A stretch of 62,582 bases of DNA, the filler included, from Choristocarpus tenellus KU-1152 (taxonomy: Eukaryota > Protista > Phaeophyceae), in NCBI GenBank assembly GCA_964200185.2. It is 7 parts of 7 records of this genome, joined end to end, with 100 filler letters (N's around TTAATTAATTAA, not from the genome) between each part and the next. Parts side by side here need not be neighbours in the genome. Positions count along the whole stretch, not along the records: positions 48,568 to 53,872 come from CAXNAD020011212.1; positions 53,973 to 57,846 come from CAXNAD020017451.1; positions 57,947 to 62,582 come from CAXNAD020013693.1; 4 more parts are not named here. One strand, 5' to 3'. Below the pieces are notes generated by a model. That model searched no databases. It worked only from the letters and a program-made list of their open reading frames with translations, and had not been told where the DNA came from. Below, one piece after another: positions 52,701-62,582 of this stretch (within the stretch, counting starts at the first letter, position 1; each line of letters opens with the position of its first letter). A program made the translations under genes and the position numbers.

Positions 52701-53382
52701 TTGGATAACGGGATAATTGATAGTAATTCTCTTTGTTGAGTGACCAAGAGAATATTATCCAGGCTATTATAGTACCCTAAGAAGAATACTAGAAAAGGAA
52801 ATTCATGTTGTAGCAAGTAACATAGATTGGGTGATGAGTTACTAGTGATCAGGGATGAGTGAAATTTCTATCTCCTGCACCACTTGGTTGGTGCTTCTCA
52901 TTCCAACTTTCTGCTTACACTACAACATAACTGAGAAGAAACTAATCTACATATTTCAATATCAAGACTTGGGATCCTACGCATTCTTTAACATGCTACC
53001 TAGCATACTTTGAAGTGTGCTGACATCTCAAGCAAGCTTAGTAGTATAAGGAATAGACGGAGTCCTGATGGCGTCTGCCGTCGGTAACGTGAATATAGAG
53101 GAAGAAGATATTGAGGTGGAAGTCGAGGACTTCTAAAATTAGGAAGAGTCGACGATGAAGGGGATCGCGACTCCAAGAAGAACTGCGGGAGTGGACCTGC
53201 AGCGCCTCATCCCACTTGCCTCCAAGGTTGTGGTGTGTACAATGGTGATGATGATGGACAAGGGGTTGGGGAACGACGGTAATGGGATTCACAATGGAGT
53301 GTTGATGGCTAGTGGAAGCTCGACCATGAACAATGGATCGCACTCTGCATCATCGGTTGGACAACATGGTCAAGGTATAAAA

Positions 53383-53507
53383 TGTTTGAAGTGCAGTGGA
53401 CCGCACTACATGTCTGCTTGTGTCCGCCTGTTTCCGCACCTGTAACAATAAAAGTTTCTGGTACCCGCTACATTTGTAGGGGACCTGCACACAAAGCTCA
53501 AAATTGC
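53383..53507 (+). mobile_element. Retrotransposon gag-like zinc-knuckle remnant
   Basis: CLKCSGPHYMSAC and YICRGPAHKAQNC (degenerate CCHC knuckles) in different frames. Confidence 0.45.
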
Positions 53508-53570
53508 CCTGGACATGCAGTGGCTATGGTGGCAGCCAAAAAAGTTGTAGATGGTTGTGTAGCGAATACG

Positions 53571-53726
53571 GGCCAAAAGTATCTGGGGCAGGGCGGGGGG
53601 GTCTACACCAGGGTGTCCATTTGGGTCCTGACCGGGAGATGTGCACTTACATTATCCACCCTACGCATGCAACCAAATTCACCCAAAATTCGTGGCATGG
53701 AAAATGAGCCCCAAATGGACAGCCGC
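53571..53726. mobile_element. MITE subfamily A copy lacking the right TIR
   Basis: GGCCAAAAGTATCTGGGG...TCTACACCAGGGTGTCCATTTGGG...CCCCAAATGGACAGCCGC. Confidence 0.75.
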
Positions 53727-53872
53727 TCATCACTTCAATGTCACAATCTGCATTGTATATCTGGGGACCAAGAGAAATAAAAAAAAAAAAGGTGAGGGGG
53801 AAGGTCAGGGCATAGAATAGAACCGTACAAAAAAGATGGAAAGTTGGGGCCGGGTGGGCGAGGCGCGTGGGA

Positions 53873-53972
53873 NNNNNNNNNNNNNNNNNNNNNNNNNNNN
53901 NNNNNNNNNNNNNNNNTTAATTAATTAANNNNNNNNNNNNNNNNNNNNNNNNNNNNNNNNNNNNNNNNNNNN
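53873..53972. other. Artificial contig spacer
   Basis: N44-TTAATTAATTAA-N44. Confidence 0.97.
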
Positions 53973-54038
53973 CGTCAAAATGTATCTGTGTCAGTCGCAC
54001 TACGTCAGCCACTTGTATTGAACAAAATAAGAAATCAA

Positions 54039-54115
54039 TCCATCAAGACTCGAACCTGTGACCATAAGCAAACCAAATCAAATCCTTGACCCTTACTCTA
54101 CTCAGTCAATACTTC
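54039..54115 (-). repeat. Possible tRNA-derived SINE head or tRNA pseudogene
   Basis: The minus strand reads GACTGAGTAGAGTAAGG (A-box-like) ... GGTCACAGGTTCGAGTCTTG (B box GGTTCGAGTC). No proper cloverleaf. Confidence 0.35.
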
Positions 54116-54178
54116 TGTTGTATTCTGCTGTTCACTAAAGATATAACTCTCTATATAGTTCCTAGCCTATATTGCACA

Positions 54179-57161
54179 TGCTTTACCATGTAATTCAACT
54201 GCTAGCTTCCGACGACGAGCCTTATGTGCGCCAAGCTTTTCAACACGCTTAAGCTCCTAATACAAACTCTAGCTAAGGGAGGCGCAGCCGGACTGGTTTT
54301 TGAATTAGGTATTGCATCACTCATGGCCTCTGATGGGTCTCACACAAGGGTCAGAAGAAACTCATCAGAGTGGGTGATATAGATTTCATCTAGAAGGAAG
54401 GTGTGGATGAAGAAGAGATCACCAAAGCCAGCGTTCGAGAGCTACAATACAACAAGCTGCTCGTTCGCGCTACTTCTCACTCCAACGAGAGATAGGAGAT
54501 CGCGGAGAGCCTGGGAGCGCTCTGACCGCGAGGACCGTGAAAAAGGCTGGCCGAGGAGGCAGCCGGGATACGACTGGTCATCGTATTGACCCTGGGACGA
54601 CAAGATCCCGTTCCAGGGGGCTAACCCAGGCCCGACAGAGATGTGATAAGTGTGGATTGGTTAGATATTTCGGTTCCGGTAAATCTGAAGGACCGTGTTA
54701 CAGCTGCGGGAAGAATGGCCACCCGTTCGAGCTGTGTGCCCCTAGAGGAGGGCAAACCCGTTAGAATCGGCGGGAATACTAGCTGAGCCAGATGAACCAG
54801 CTAGGGAATGAAGGAAGTTCAAGACCATGCTTCCACTGTGGCTGATAATGGCATGGTGAGATTGAATGCTTTCAAAACGTGGAGTTTTGATTCGGGTGCT
54901 TCCAACAGTGCAACAAAAGACTCGCAGTACATGTATGGCTTCACCACGTGTCCACAAGGCCACGACATGACCGTGGCTGACGGCACATCACTACCCATTA
55001 TGGGGGATGGCAAGACTGATTTAAATTTCAATGTTGGCCGTGTGATGAGTGGGTGCATGGTACTCTGACGTCTGTTGCATTTGTTCCGAGAGTAGCTTTC
55101 AATCTTCTCTCTTCACATTCTGCTAGTAGGGATAAGGAAGTGGATAGCAATGGTAGTGACGATAATGGGGTGGATGAGGCCAAGGACAGCCAATGTGAAA
55201 GGGAATTACGACGACTCAGCATTGAAAATGGTGAAGGTAACATCCTTCCCCACCGCACCAGATCAGGCAATCATCCTACTTTCGCCAAAGCTGCTGTTTT
55301 TGACATTTCCAATTTTTTATGACTTGTCTGTTTCCATAGAGATTACCCTTGTGATGTGTGCGAGTGAAGATTCTATTAGAGTGTTAGCGGATGAATTCCC
55401 TCCAGAACCCAAGACTGTAAGAGCAGCACGATACTCTCCCAAATGTGATTTATGGGATCGAGTTTGGGTGGAGGTCGTATTACCCCCTGGACGCAGGGCT
55501 ATAGACACTAAATGGATTAACAAGCGTAAGACTAACAAATTTGGTGAGGTAGTTAGGTACAAGGCACGTTTGGTAGCAAAAGGTTTTCGAAAGATTGAGG
55601 ATTTAGATTATCAAGATACCTTTGCACCAAAACCGTCCCCTGCATCTTTGAAAATGGTTTTAGTTTTAGCTGCAGACAAGTATTGGGAATTGAAGCATTG
55701 GAATGTGAAACAGGCATTTACACAAGCAGATATAAATGAAGAGATTTTGGTTTGTCTATGTGATGGATGTAGTATATGGTCTGGAAAGATTGTACATTTG
55801 ATCAAGGCACTTTATGGCACCAAACAGGCAAGCAGAGAGTTTAATAATCTGTTGGTGCACGTTTTGGAAAAGTGTGGTTTTGAGCAATGCAAAGCAAGCC
55901 CTTGTGTGTTACGCTATATAAGAGATGGTGTTGTTTGTGCTGTGATAGTCCCCCACGTATGTGATCTTGAGTATTATATGGGTTGTGAGATTTCACGTGA
56001 CAGAACTGCACAGACTGCCACCATCTGTCAGACTGGGTACATTAAGAGTGTTTGTCAAATATTTGGTATGGATGGGGCAAAGAAGAGGTCGGTACCCCAT
56101 GATCTCTCAAAGACTCTAGACAAGAGTGAGAATCATCCAAGTGTTGATGAAAATACGCCGTACAGAGAGGCAGTTGGTAGTTTGATGTGGGCATCTGTTA
56201 TGACCAGGCTTGATATTGCAAATGCAGTTCGTGAAGTTGCAAAGTAAAGTAGCAATCCCAAAGTCACACATTGGCGTGCAGTGAAATGCATTTTAGCATA
56301 TTTGAATACATGTCCTAGTGTTGGATTGAGTTTTGGTGGTTTTGATACTGAGTGTGAGTTGAGTGCGTATGCTAATGCTAGTTATGCTGGAGACTGGAAT
56401 GATCGTAGATAAGTGACTGGAGGAGCAATTATGTTTGCAGGAGGAGCAACATCTTGGATGTCAAAGGTACAAAGAGTTGTAACTCTGTCTTCCACAGAGA
56501 GTGAATACATAGCTCTTAGTAGTGTGCCACAGGAATTACTTTTCTTGAGAAGTGTTTTTGAGTTTATTCAGCCACAGTTTCCTAGGCGTTGCATTGACAT
56601 GTTTGAGGACAATGATGGTGCATGCAAGCTAGTACGAAATGCCACAATCTCTTCTAGAACAAAGCAGATCGATGCCCAACATCATTTTCTGAGGGATTTA
56701 TCTAGAAAAGGAGAGATTCGTGTTGTTTTTGTTGGTACTGCAAATCAGAGGGCAGATGTATTGACCAAGAATTTGCCAGTCCGAGTTTTTAGACAACATA
56801 TAAAGTTTTTGATGAACATGTGACACAACATGTGTGTTTTATTTTTTGTTGTGATTGTTTGAGAGTTAATACTTGTTTTCAGCAAGGGGAGGATGTCGAA
56901 TAACCTAGTGTTATTTGTACGTTATCTGTGCTGATCCAAGTAAACAACATAGCTTATATGTACGTTGATCTTTAGTTTTGTACAATACAAGGTAGTAACG
57001 TACACAGCGGTATGTTATGGTGAGTTAGTGGGACGTTAGTGGGACAATAGTATCAAGTGGACAATACCCTACGGAAAATTAATAATTCAGTGTGTGCTTT
57101 ACCATGCAATTCAACTACTAGCTTCCGCCGACGAGCCTTACGTGCGCCAAGCTTCTCAACA
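54179..57161 (+). mobile_element. Decayed Ty1/copia LTR retrotransposon (integrase deleted)
   Basis: 5' LTR remnant 54179-54245; knuckle CYSCGKNGH; protease WSFDSGAS; RT KWINKRK...RYKARLVAKGF...DTFAP...KALYGTKQASR; RNase H STESEY...QRADVLTK; PPT AAGGGGAGGA; 3' LTR. In-frame stops are present and the YVDD motif is degenerate. Confidence 0.93.
56894..57161 (+). repeat. 3' LTR of the copia element (TG...CA, 268 bp)
   Basis: Starts TGTCG right after the PPT and ends CAACA. The last 65 bp match 54181-54245 with 5 differences. Confidence 0.85.
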
Positions 57162-57846
57162 CCCCAAGTGTAGCATCTGCCCTTGACCAAGTCCAGATGG
57201 AGACCCTGGAGCGGGTAGACATCACCACGGTGAAGAAGGTCCCAAGCAGGCTTCGCACCGACCATGCAATCGCCCTTATGCACATAGTGGATCTCCTGGC
57301 ACACGAGGTAACTGCCCCAAGGCTGGAAGGGGGGACACCAACATTAGGGGCCATCAGAGCATCCAAGCTTTTCCACATGATCTCAGGCCTTTTACTGGCA
57401 AATGATGGAAAGTTCTCAAGATAGGAAAGGTTTGCTTGGGTGGCCTCAGGGAACATCAAAGAGCTAGTCGCATGGCTACTAGAACGATCCCAGAGGACCA
57501 ACAGACGTAGGGAGGCCCCTGGAGAGGACCCCAAGTCCCTCCAGGAATGCGCTGCAGCTCTGGGTCACCACCATGGAGGAATTCCCAAGGGAGCGAGCGT
57601 ACTCCTAGCACAACCCACAGCCCCAGGGACGGAGGAGACTTTCAACATACTGGTCCCTATATACCCAAGTGAGAACCAAGATGAGCTTCGGCAGGCCATC
57701 ACGGACGCAAAAGACAGGGTAGAAGGAAATGCAATATCTGGGGAACAAAAGAACTGCCCCCCTGAAGGGGAGTGCACCCCCACCTCCCTCCGAAAAGCCT
57801 TCATGAGGGCTAATAGCAACTCGGCACCAGGCCCTGACGGGATGCG
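57162..57846 (+). mobile_element. Non-LTR retrotransposon ORF fragment upstream of RT (CRE-clade-like)
   Basis: Frame with one stop ending SLRKAFMRANSNSAPGPDGM (RT domain-0 motif), preceded by KGASVLLAQPTAPGTEETFNIL. The contig ends there. Confidence 0.65.
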
Positions 57847-57946
57847 NNNNNNNNNNNNNNNNNNNNNNNNNNNNNNNNNNNNNNNNNNNNTTAATTAATT
57901 AANNNNNNNNNNNNNNNNNNNNNNNNNNNNNNNNNNNNNNNNNNNN
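57847..57946. other. Artificial contig spacer
   Basis: N44-TTAATTAATTAA-N44. Confidence 0.97.
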
Positions 57947-58278
57947 GGGTTGAGCTTCTATTTTTCTGTTGGTCTATGTCCCCACTTCACACAGAGAGGT
58001 TCGAAAAGCAAGTCGATGCAACAAGGCTTCAATAGGTAACGTGTGGGGTCTTGTGTGGAGATACAGTTATATATATATATATATGTTTGTATTTATATGT
58101 ATGTATATATTATTTTTATTTTTTATTGCGGTGAGCACCCCTCCACGGAGAGCTGTCTAGGCACTAACTACAGTATCTACCCGGTTTGGGCTCACCCCCT
58201 CTGTAAGTTGTACTATACCCCATTCTGTGTTGTGGAATAATTGTTCTTGTAACTGTCATGCAACTATGTGGAAATTGC

Positions 58279-58283
<5 letters not shown>

Positions 58284-58326
<43 letters not shown>

Positions 58327-58340
58327 TGTATGTGTGTGTA
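58284..58340. repeat. (GT)n microsatellite
   Basis: Directly visible. Confidence 0.9.
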
Positions 58341-58708
58341 TGCGTACGCGCGCACGCGTGTTTGTCAGGTGCGATTGGGGTTAGGATTAGTCAAGAGGCA
58401 TGTGCTCTCTCCCTCTCTCTCTATCTATCTCTCTCCCTCCAAATTAGACCTGCTTGGCCGTGGACAGTCGTTACCTATGTAGCATCACCACGAACTTTGT
58501 AAAATCAGTTACAAACAATCAGTGGCAGTTTCAGACAAGCAATTGCACTCCTCAGAGCTAGTTTGGTCAACTGGGAAATGTATAGTTAGTGAAGAGTCAA
58601 GAATATCCGATGGGGGCACCTATGAATGCCTTGAATAAGGGTATGCCTTGCGCATGTGTGTTCCCACAATAGGTTCATGAATGGAAGTAGGTGGGTATCT
58701 TAGGGTTA

Positions 58709-58987
58709 GGGTGAAAGTATCTTAGGGTTAGGGTACGAGTTTTGCCCTGTTTGTCCGTTTGGGGCTTGACTTCCCATGGCCTTTTTTTTTATGACATTTT
58801 CCTATTCCGAAACATTTCGGAGTAGGTAAAAGGTACACCTTTTTGGAGTAGGTATCATGTGTATGTCCGGAACGAGGATATTGACACTTTCCTAACAAAC
58901 ACAATAGTCAAGATTACATCAAAATCGCAACGTTTGGATTTTGGTCCCCGAACAGACATGGCCCTACCCTCTAAGATACGTTGGCTC
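58709..58987. mobile_element. MITE subfamily B copy with a TTAGGG-modified left TIR
   Basis: GGGTGAAAGTATCTTAGGGTTAGGGTACG...CTACCCTCTAAGATACGTTGGCTC. Confidence 0.8.
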
Positions 58988-59418
58988 ACATAGTACATAG
59001 AGACAGGGGGGACGGTACCTTGTAAGAGCCGTTGCATGAAGAAAATCTACCCTGTGTACTAAGGATGAGCGAGGTAGGGAGGATACGGCGAGACACTATC
59101 TAATGCAGTGCATGTGGCCACACCTCAACATATAAATACTCTAAAACAAGTCTCACAACTCTTTTTCCAACAAAAAAAACAAAAAAAAAAAACGCAAAAA
59201 AAAAACAGAAAAGAAATTTCAGTTTTGGTCCACTGCTGAGGTTTCCCGCTTGCTTCAAAGCCATCGTCTTTTTTTCCCAATCAATTGCTTCTCATATATA
59301 TATTCTAGTTGTTCCCCTCTCTTCATCCCTCCCAATCAATCGCGAGCAGTTGTTCAAGACACCCCTACCCCCCCCCTCCCACGTACAGACTGCATCATTG
59401 CAATATATGGTGCCATAC

Positions 59419-60141
59419 CTCAGCGGAGAGAGTTCCTACACCTCCTCGATCCTGTCTCCTGGAGCCGACGATCCCCCCAATACCTTGATCAACCTCACTC
59501 CGATGCCCTACCAGCATAACATCTACCAAGGCTTCAATATCACCCTCGAGAGCAAGCCCCTCGCTGTCTCCACTGCCCCTTGCCGACGACCTCCAGGGCA
59601 AGAGTCGCCTGAGGCCAGTCTTGTCGAAGATCGCTCGCACAAGCCTTTGGATGGCGTCCACAGTATCGTGTCCAAATTCTTGAAGGAAAATATTCCTCCC
59701 TCCTCGACCTCCTAATGCCAGGCCGTAGCCTCCAACCCCTTCCCCATCCCTCCCTCCTCCTCCTCCTCCTCCTCCTCCTCCTCCCTCTTTGTCTTTTTTC
59801 CTAGCACACCCGATTGTATCTCTTGTTCTGATTGTGTCCAAGCCCTTCAGTCCGTGTCGTTCTCGGAGATCGATAGCTTCACTAGTCTCTCCGGATTTGA
59901 AAATACAAGTTAGTGTGGAAAGGACGGCTTGGGCAAGCGGGGGGGCGTACAACGGGAACCCTTTCAGGAGGAGGGAGGTACCGTCCCCGTCGCCGCCATC
60001 ACTGCCACCGGCATCGCTGTCCTCGCACTTGTGTACCTTTTCATCCTCTTCAGAGGTGCTTCCGCTGCAAACATCATCAGCGCGGTTCCTACCGATGATG
60101 TCGTCTGTGAAACTGTCGAGGCACGATGTCAACTTCTGCAC
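59419..60141 (-). CDS. Large internal exon (241 codons) of an unknown protein
   Basis: Acceptor TTAATCAG, donor GTATGG and an open frame of 723 nt with helical segments and G-rich linkers. No family recognised. Confidence 0.6.
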
Positions 60142-60306
60142 CTGATTAATTTTGGAAGGATTGGGAGAGGCTGCTATGATCAATTGCAGCAGCATCAGCA
60201 GCATCAGCAGCATCAGCAGCAGCAGCTTGTTAGTTCAGGCTTGGTTGTGTTGCTGCTGCTCGAGAGCGCGCACAGGGGGTTAGTGGGAAAATATGGTGTT
60301 GCTTAT

Positions 60307-60569
60307 GAGTCAAAGTATTCTAAAGCGTACCGCCGCGTCCGTTTGGGGGCCAAAATCCAACGTTGCGATTTTGATATAATTTAGGCTATCGTGTTCATTA
60401 GGAAGTGTCAATATCCTTGTTCCGGACACACCTTTTTTCCTTAGCATATACGCTTTACCTACTCCGAAGCATTTTGGAGTGGGTAAAACATTTGTAAGAA
60501 GCATGTGGGAAGCCAAGCCCCAAACGGACAAACAGGGAAAAACTAGTACCCTCTAAGATACTTTCACTC
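60307..60569. mobile_element. MITE subfamily B copy
   Basis: GAGTCAAAGTATTC...TACCCTCTAAGATACTTTCACTC; opposite orientation to the 58709 and 61195 copies. Confidence 0.8.
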
Positions 60570-61194
60570 TTAGGTTGAGATATATATATATATATATATT
60601 CATTCCCCTCCAACGCTACTGGAGAATTTTCCCACTGAACGAAAGGTATACGCACCCAGGTCGGCTTCTCACTATACCAGTCTGGTACTCGAGTGACTAG
60701 TTCATCTTAGTATTTGTTCGTATCATGAGAGCATACATATTATGTATGTATATATATATATATACATCATTTGATTGGGGGGGCATGCATCCCATTCACG
60801 CAACGAAACACAAAAGCCATCCGGTTGTGGAAACCTTTGTACTTGTATATCCACTGTACCCAGCGAAAAAAAAGAACAGAATTAAAAGAGATAACTCACG
60901 TAGATCACGATGCTTGCTTTTTCGTGCAACAACTGCTTGATTTCAAAAATGATGGCATGATTTTCACGAAGTCACACTTTGAATTCCAAGAAGTATGTCC
61001 TTGCCCCCAACCTGCAACTATGCCGTTGAAGTGTAAGCAAGCACATAATCTAGTAGAGTTAACACTCTACAAAACTGTGGTCTAACTTTCCAAGTTAGGG
61101 TTGAGCATTTTGAAGAATGTGCCTCCACTTTAAGCTCGGTTGTGGCTCCTTCACATCTTTTCCCTCTAGCCACAACAATCCTATTCTCGAATAT

Positions 61195-61453
61195 ATGTGA
61201 AAGTATCTTAGAGGGTATGAGTTTTTTCCTGTTTGTCCATTTGGGGCTTGTCTTCCCAGGTGTATTTTATTACATTTTACCTACTCCAAAATTGTTCGGA
61301 GTAGGTAAAATGCACACATTCTGAAAAGGAGTGTCCAGAACAAAGATATTGACATTTCCTAACAAACATGATAGCCAAAATTACATCAAAATTGCAACAT
61401 TGGATTTTGGCTCCCAAATGGACGCGGCTCTACCCTCTAAGATAATTTGGGTC
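61195..61453. mobile_element. MITE subfamily B copy
   Basis: GTGAAAGTATCTTAGAGGGTA...TACCCTCTAAGATAATTTGGGTC. Confidence 0.8.
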
Positions 61454-61709
61454 ACTTCATAAACCTTCCCATTATCCACCCTGCATCACTCAGCACAGTA
61501 CTTGTAACCCCGCTTTCTAGAGCTGCACGACGCATGTTTCAAGCACTATTTCGAGTACGGGAGAGGCGTTTTGAGGTGATTTAGTTCTTACCTGCCAAAA
61601 CGTTTGATTCAGAACAATAGTTAGAACGCTAAGGTTACACATGTATAAAAAGGGGGGAGGTTGAGAGAGTACACAACAGTTAAGCAATAGTTAAACAACA
61701 GGAATGCTG

Positions 61710-61806
61710 ATTTCGGAGTAGGTAAAATGGAATTAAAAACTCGTGGGAAGCCAAGCCCGAATGGACAAACAGGGCAAACCTCGTAACCTCTAAGATACTT
61801 CCACTC
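61710..61806. mobile_element. MITE subfamily B, truncated end
   Basis: TTCGGAGTAGGTAAAA...GGGAAGCCAAGCCCGAATGGACAAACAGGG...CTCTAAGATACTTCCACTC. Confidence 0.7.
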
Positions 61807-62582
61807 AGTAATCTGAGTTTTGCGGGCGGGAGAATTCTGGTAGGAATGATATACAGGGGAGGGAGAGGTGAGGAAGGAAAAAGAAAAAGAAGTCAATGGT
61901 TAAACGAAGAGTTAAAGTACTGAGTGATTGGGAGACCGAAGAGGTACGAGAGGAGTTAAAAGAAATGAGTTGTAAGTTGAAGCACGAGGTAGGAAGGAGG
62001 GGTCAGAGCGTAAGAAAACCTAAGGCTGGTGGTACAGGAAGAGGAGGGCTAGAACAAGACAACCCTGAGGAATCTCTCCCACCAACCCACCCTTTCGCTT
62101 GCTCACGACCAGTTGGGATGGTGGGTAAAGGGGAGGGGGAGGTTAAGTTCGTTCGGGGTAGATGTTTTCTAGTTCAAGGGCATGGTATGAAGTGGATGAT
62201 GAAGGAGTGTTCTTGGATTATTGTATGTAGTGGTGTTGAGTGGTGTGGGGGAGTGGAAAGTGGGGGAAAGTGTTGGGGGATTGAGTGTTGTTGAATGGTT
62301 TGGGGAAACGGTACGTTGGGGAAAATCTTGTGGGGTTGAGTGGGTTTGAAGGGTGGGGCGGTGTCTGGAAATCAGTGGCAAAGGGGTCGCACTTGTTGGT
62401 CGTCGGATGTGGGGGGTGACTAGAAATTAGGGGCAAAGGGGGTTCGCACTGGTTAGTCATCAGAGGTAGGTGGTGGCTGAAAAGCAATGGTGAAAGAGGT
62501 TCGCATTGGTTGGTCATCGGATGCGGGGGGGGGGGGCCGGGAAACAAGGGCGGACGGGGCGGCACGAGTGGGACAGAAAGTG

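Noticed and set aside
54039-54115. Functional tRNA gene
   Set aside because: A B box is present but there are no acceptor or anticodon stems; kept only as a possible SINE head.
59350-59715. Plus-strand 121-aa ORF overlapping the minus-strand exon
   Set aside because: Likely an antisense shadow; the minus frame is longer and bounded by good splice sites.

Overview
Eukaryotic, intron-rich nuclear DNA, most likely from a photosynthetic stramenopile (brown-alga-like ochrophyte). This is inferred from a signal-peptide + Phe bipartite plastid-targeting leader, GT-AG introns and scattered TTAGGG repeats. The window is not contiguous: seven contigs are joined by artificial 100-bp spacers (N44-TTAATTAATTAA-N44). 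I reconstructed spliced genes by hand, checking exon phases. Contig 1 holds a compact cluster: (-) a putatively myristoylated WW-like + IQANK1-C-terminal-like protein, head-to-head (112 bp) with (+) a long N-terminally extended NMNAT-like protein; (-) a small mitochondrial-looking protein divergent from (+) KEOPS subunit Pcc1/LAGE3; and (-) a plastid-targeted ABA4/DUF4281 protein with unusual amphipathic and hendecad coiled-coil extensions. Later contigs carry partial genes for a PTEN/tensin-type phosphatase domain, an SP-RING (PIAS/SIZ) SUMO E3 ligase, a CFP1/Spp1-like PHD protein and two unknown proteins. Mobile DNA comprises about 12 copies of two related MITE subfamilies (several with 3-bp TSDs), a 1.9-kb TA-flanked TIR element carrying a decayed coiled-coil ORF, a decayed Ty3/gypsy pol, a decayed Ty1/copia abutting a CRE-like LINE fragment, and several minisatellites. 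I found no CRISPR, rRNA, intact tRNA or prokaryote-type system. The most novel-looking items are the ABA4 fusion architecture, the degenerate extended NMNAT, the myristoylated WW protein and the MITE family. All family calls come from remembered motifs, not database searches.
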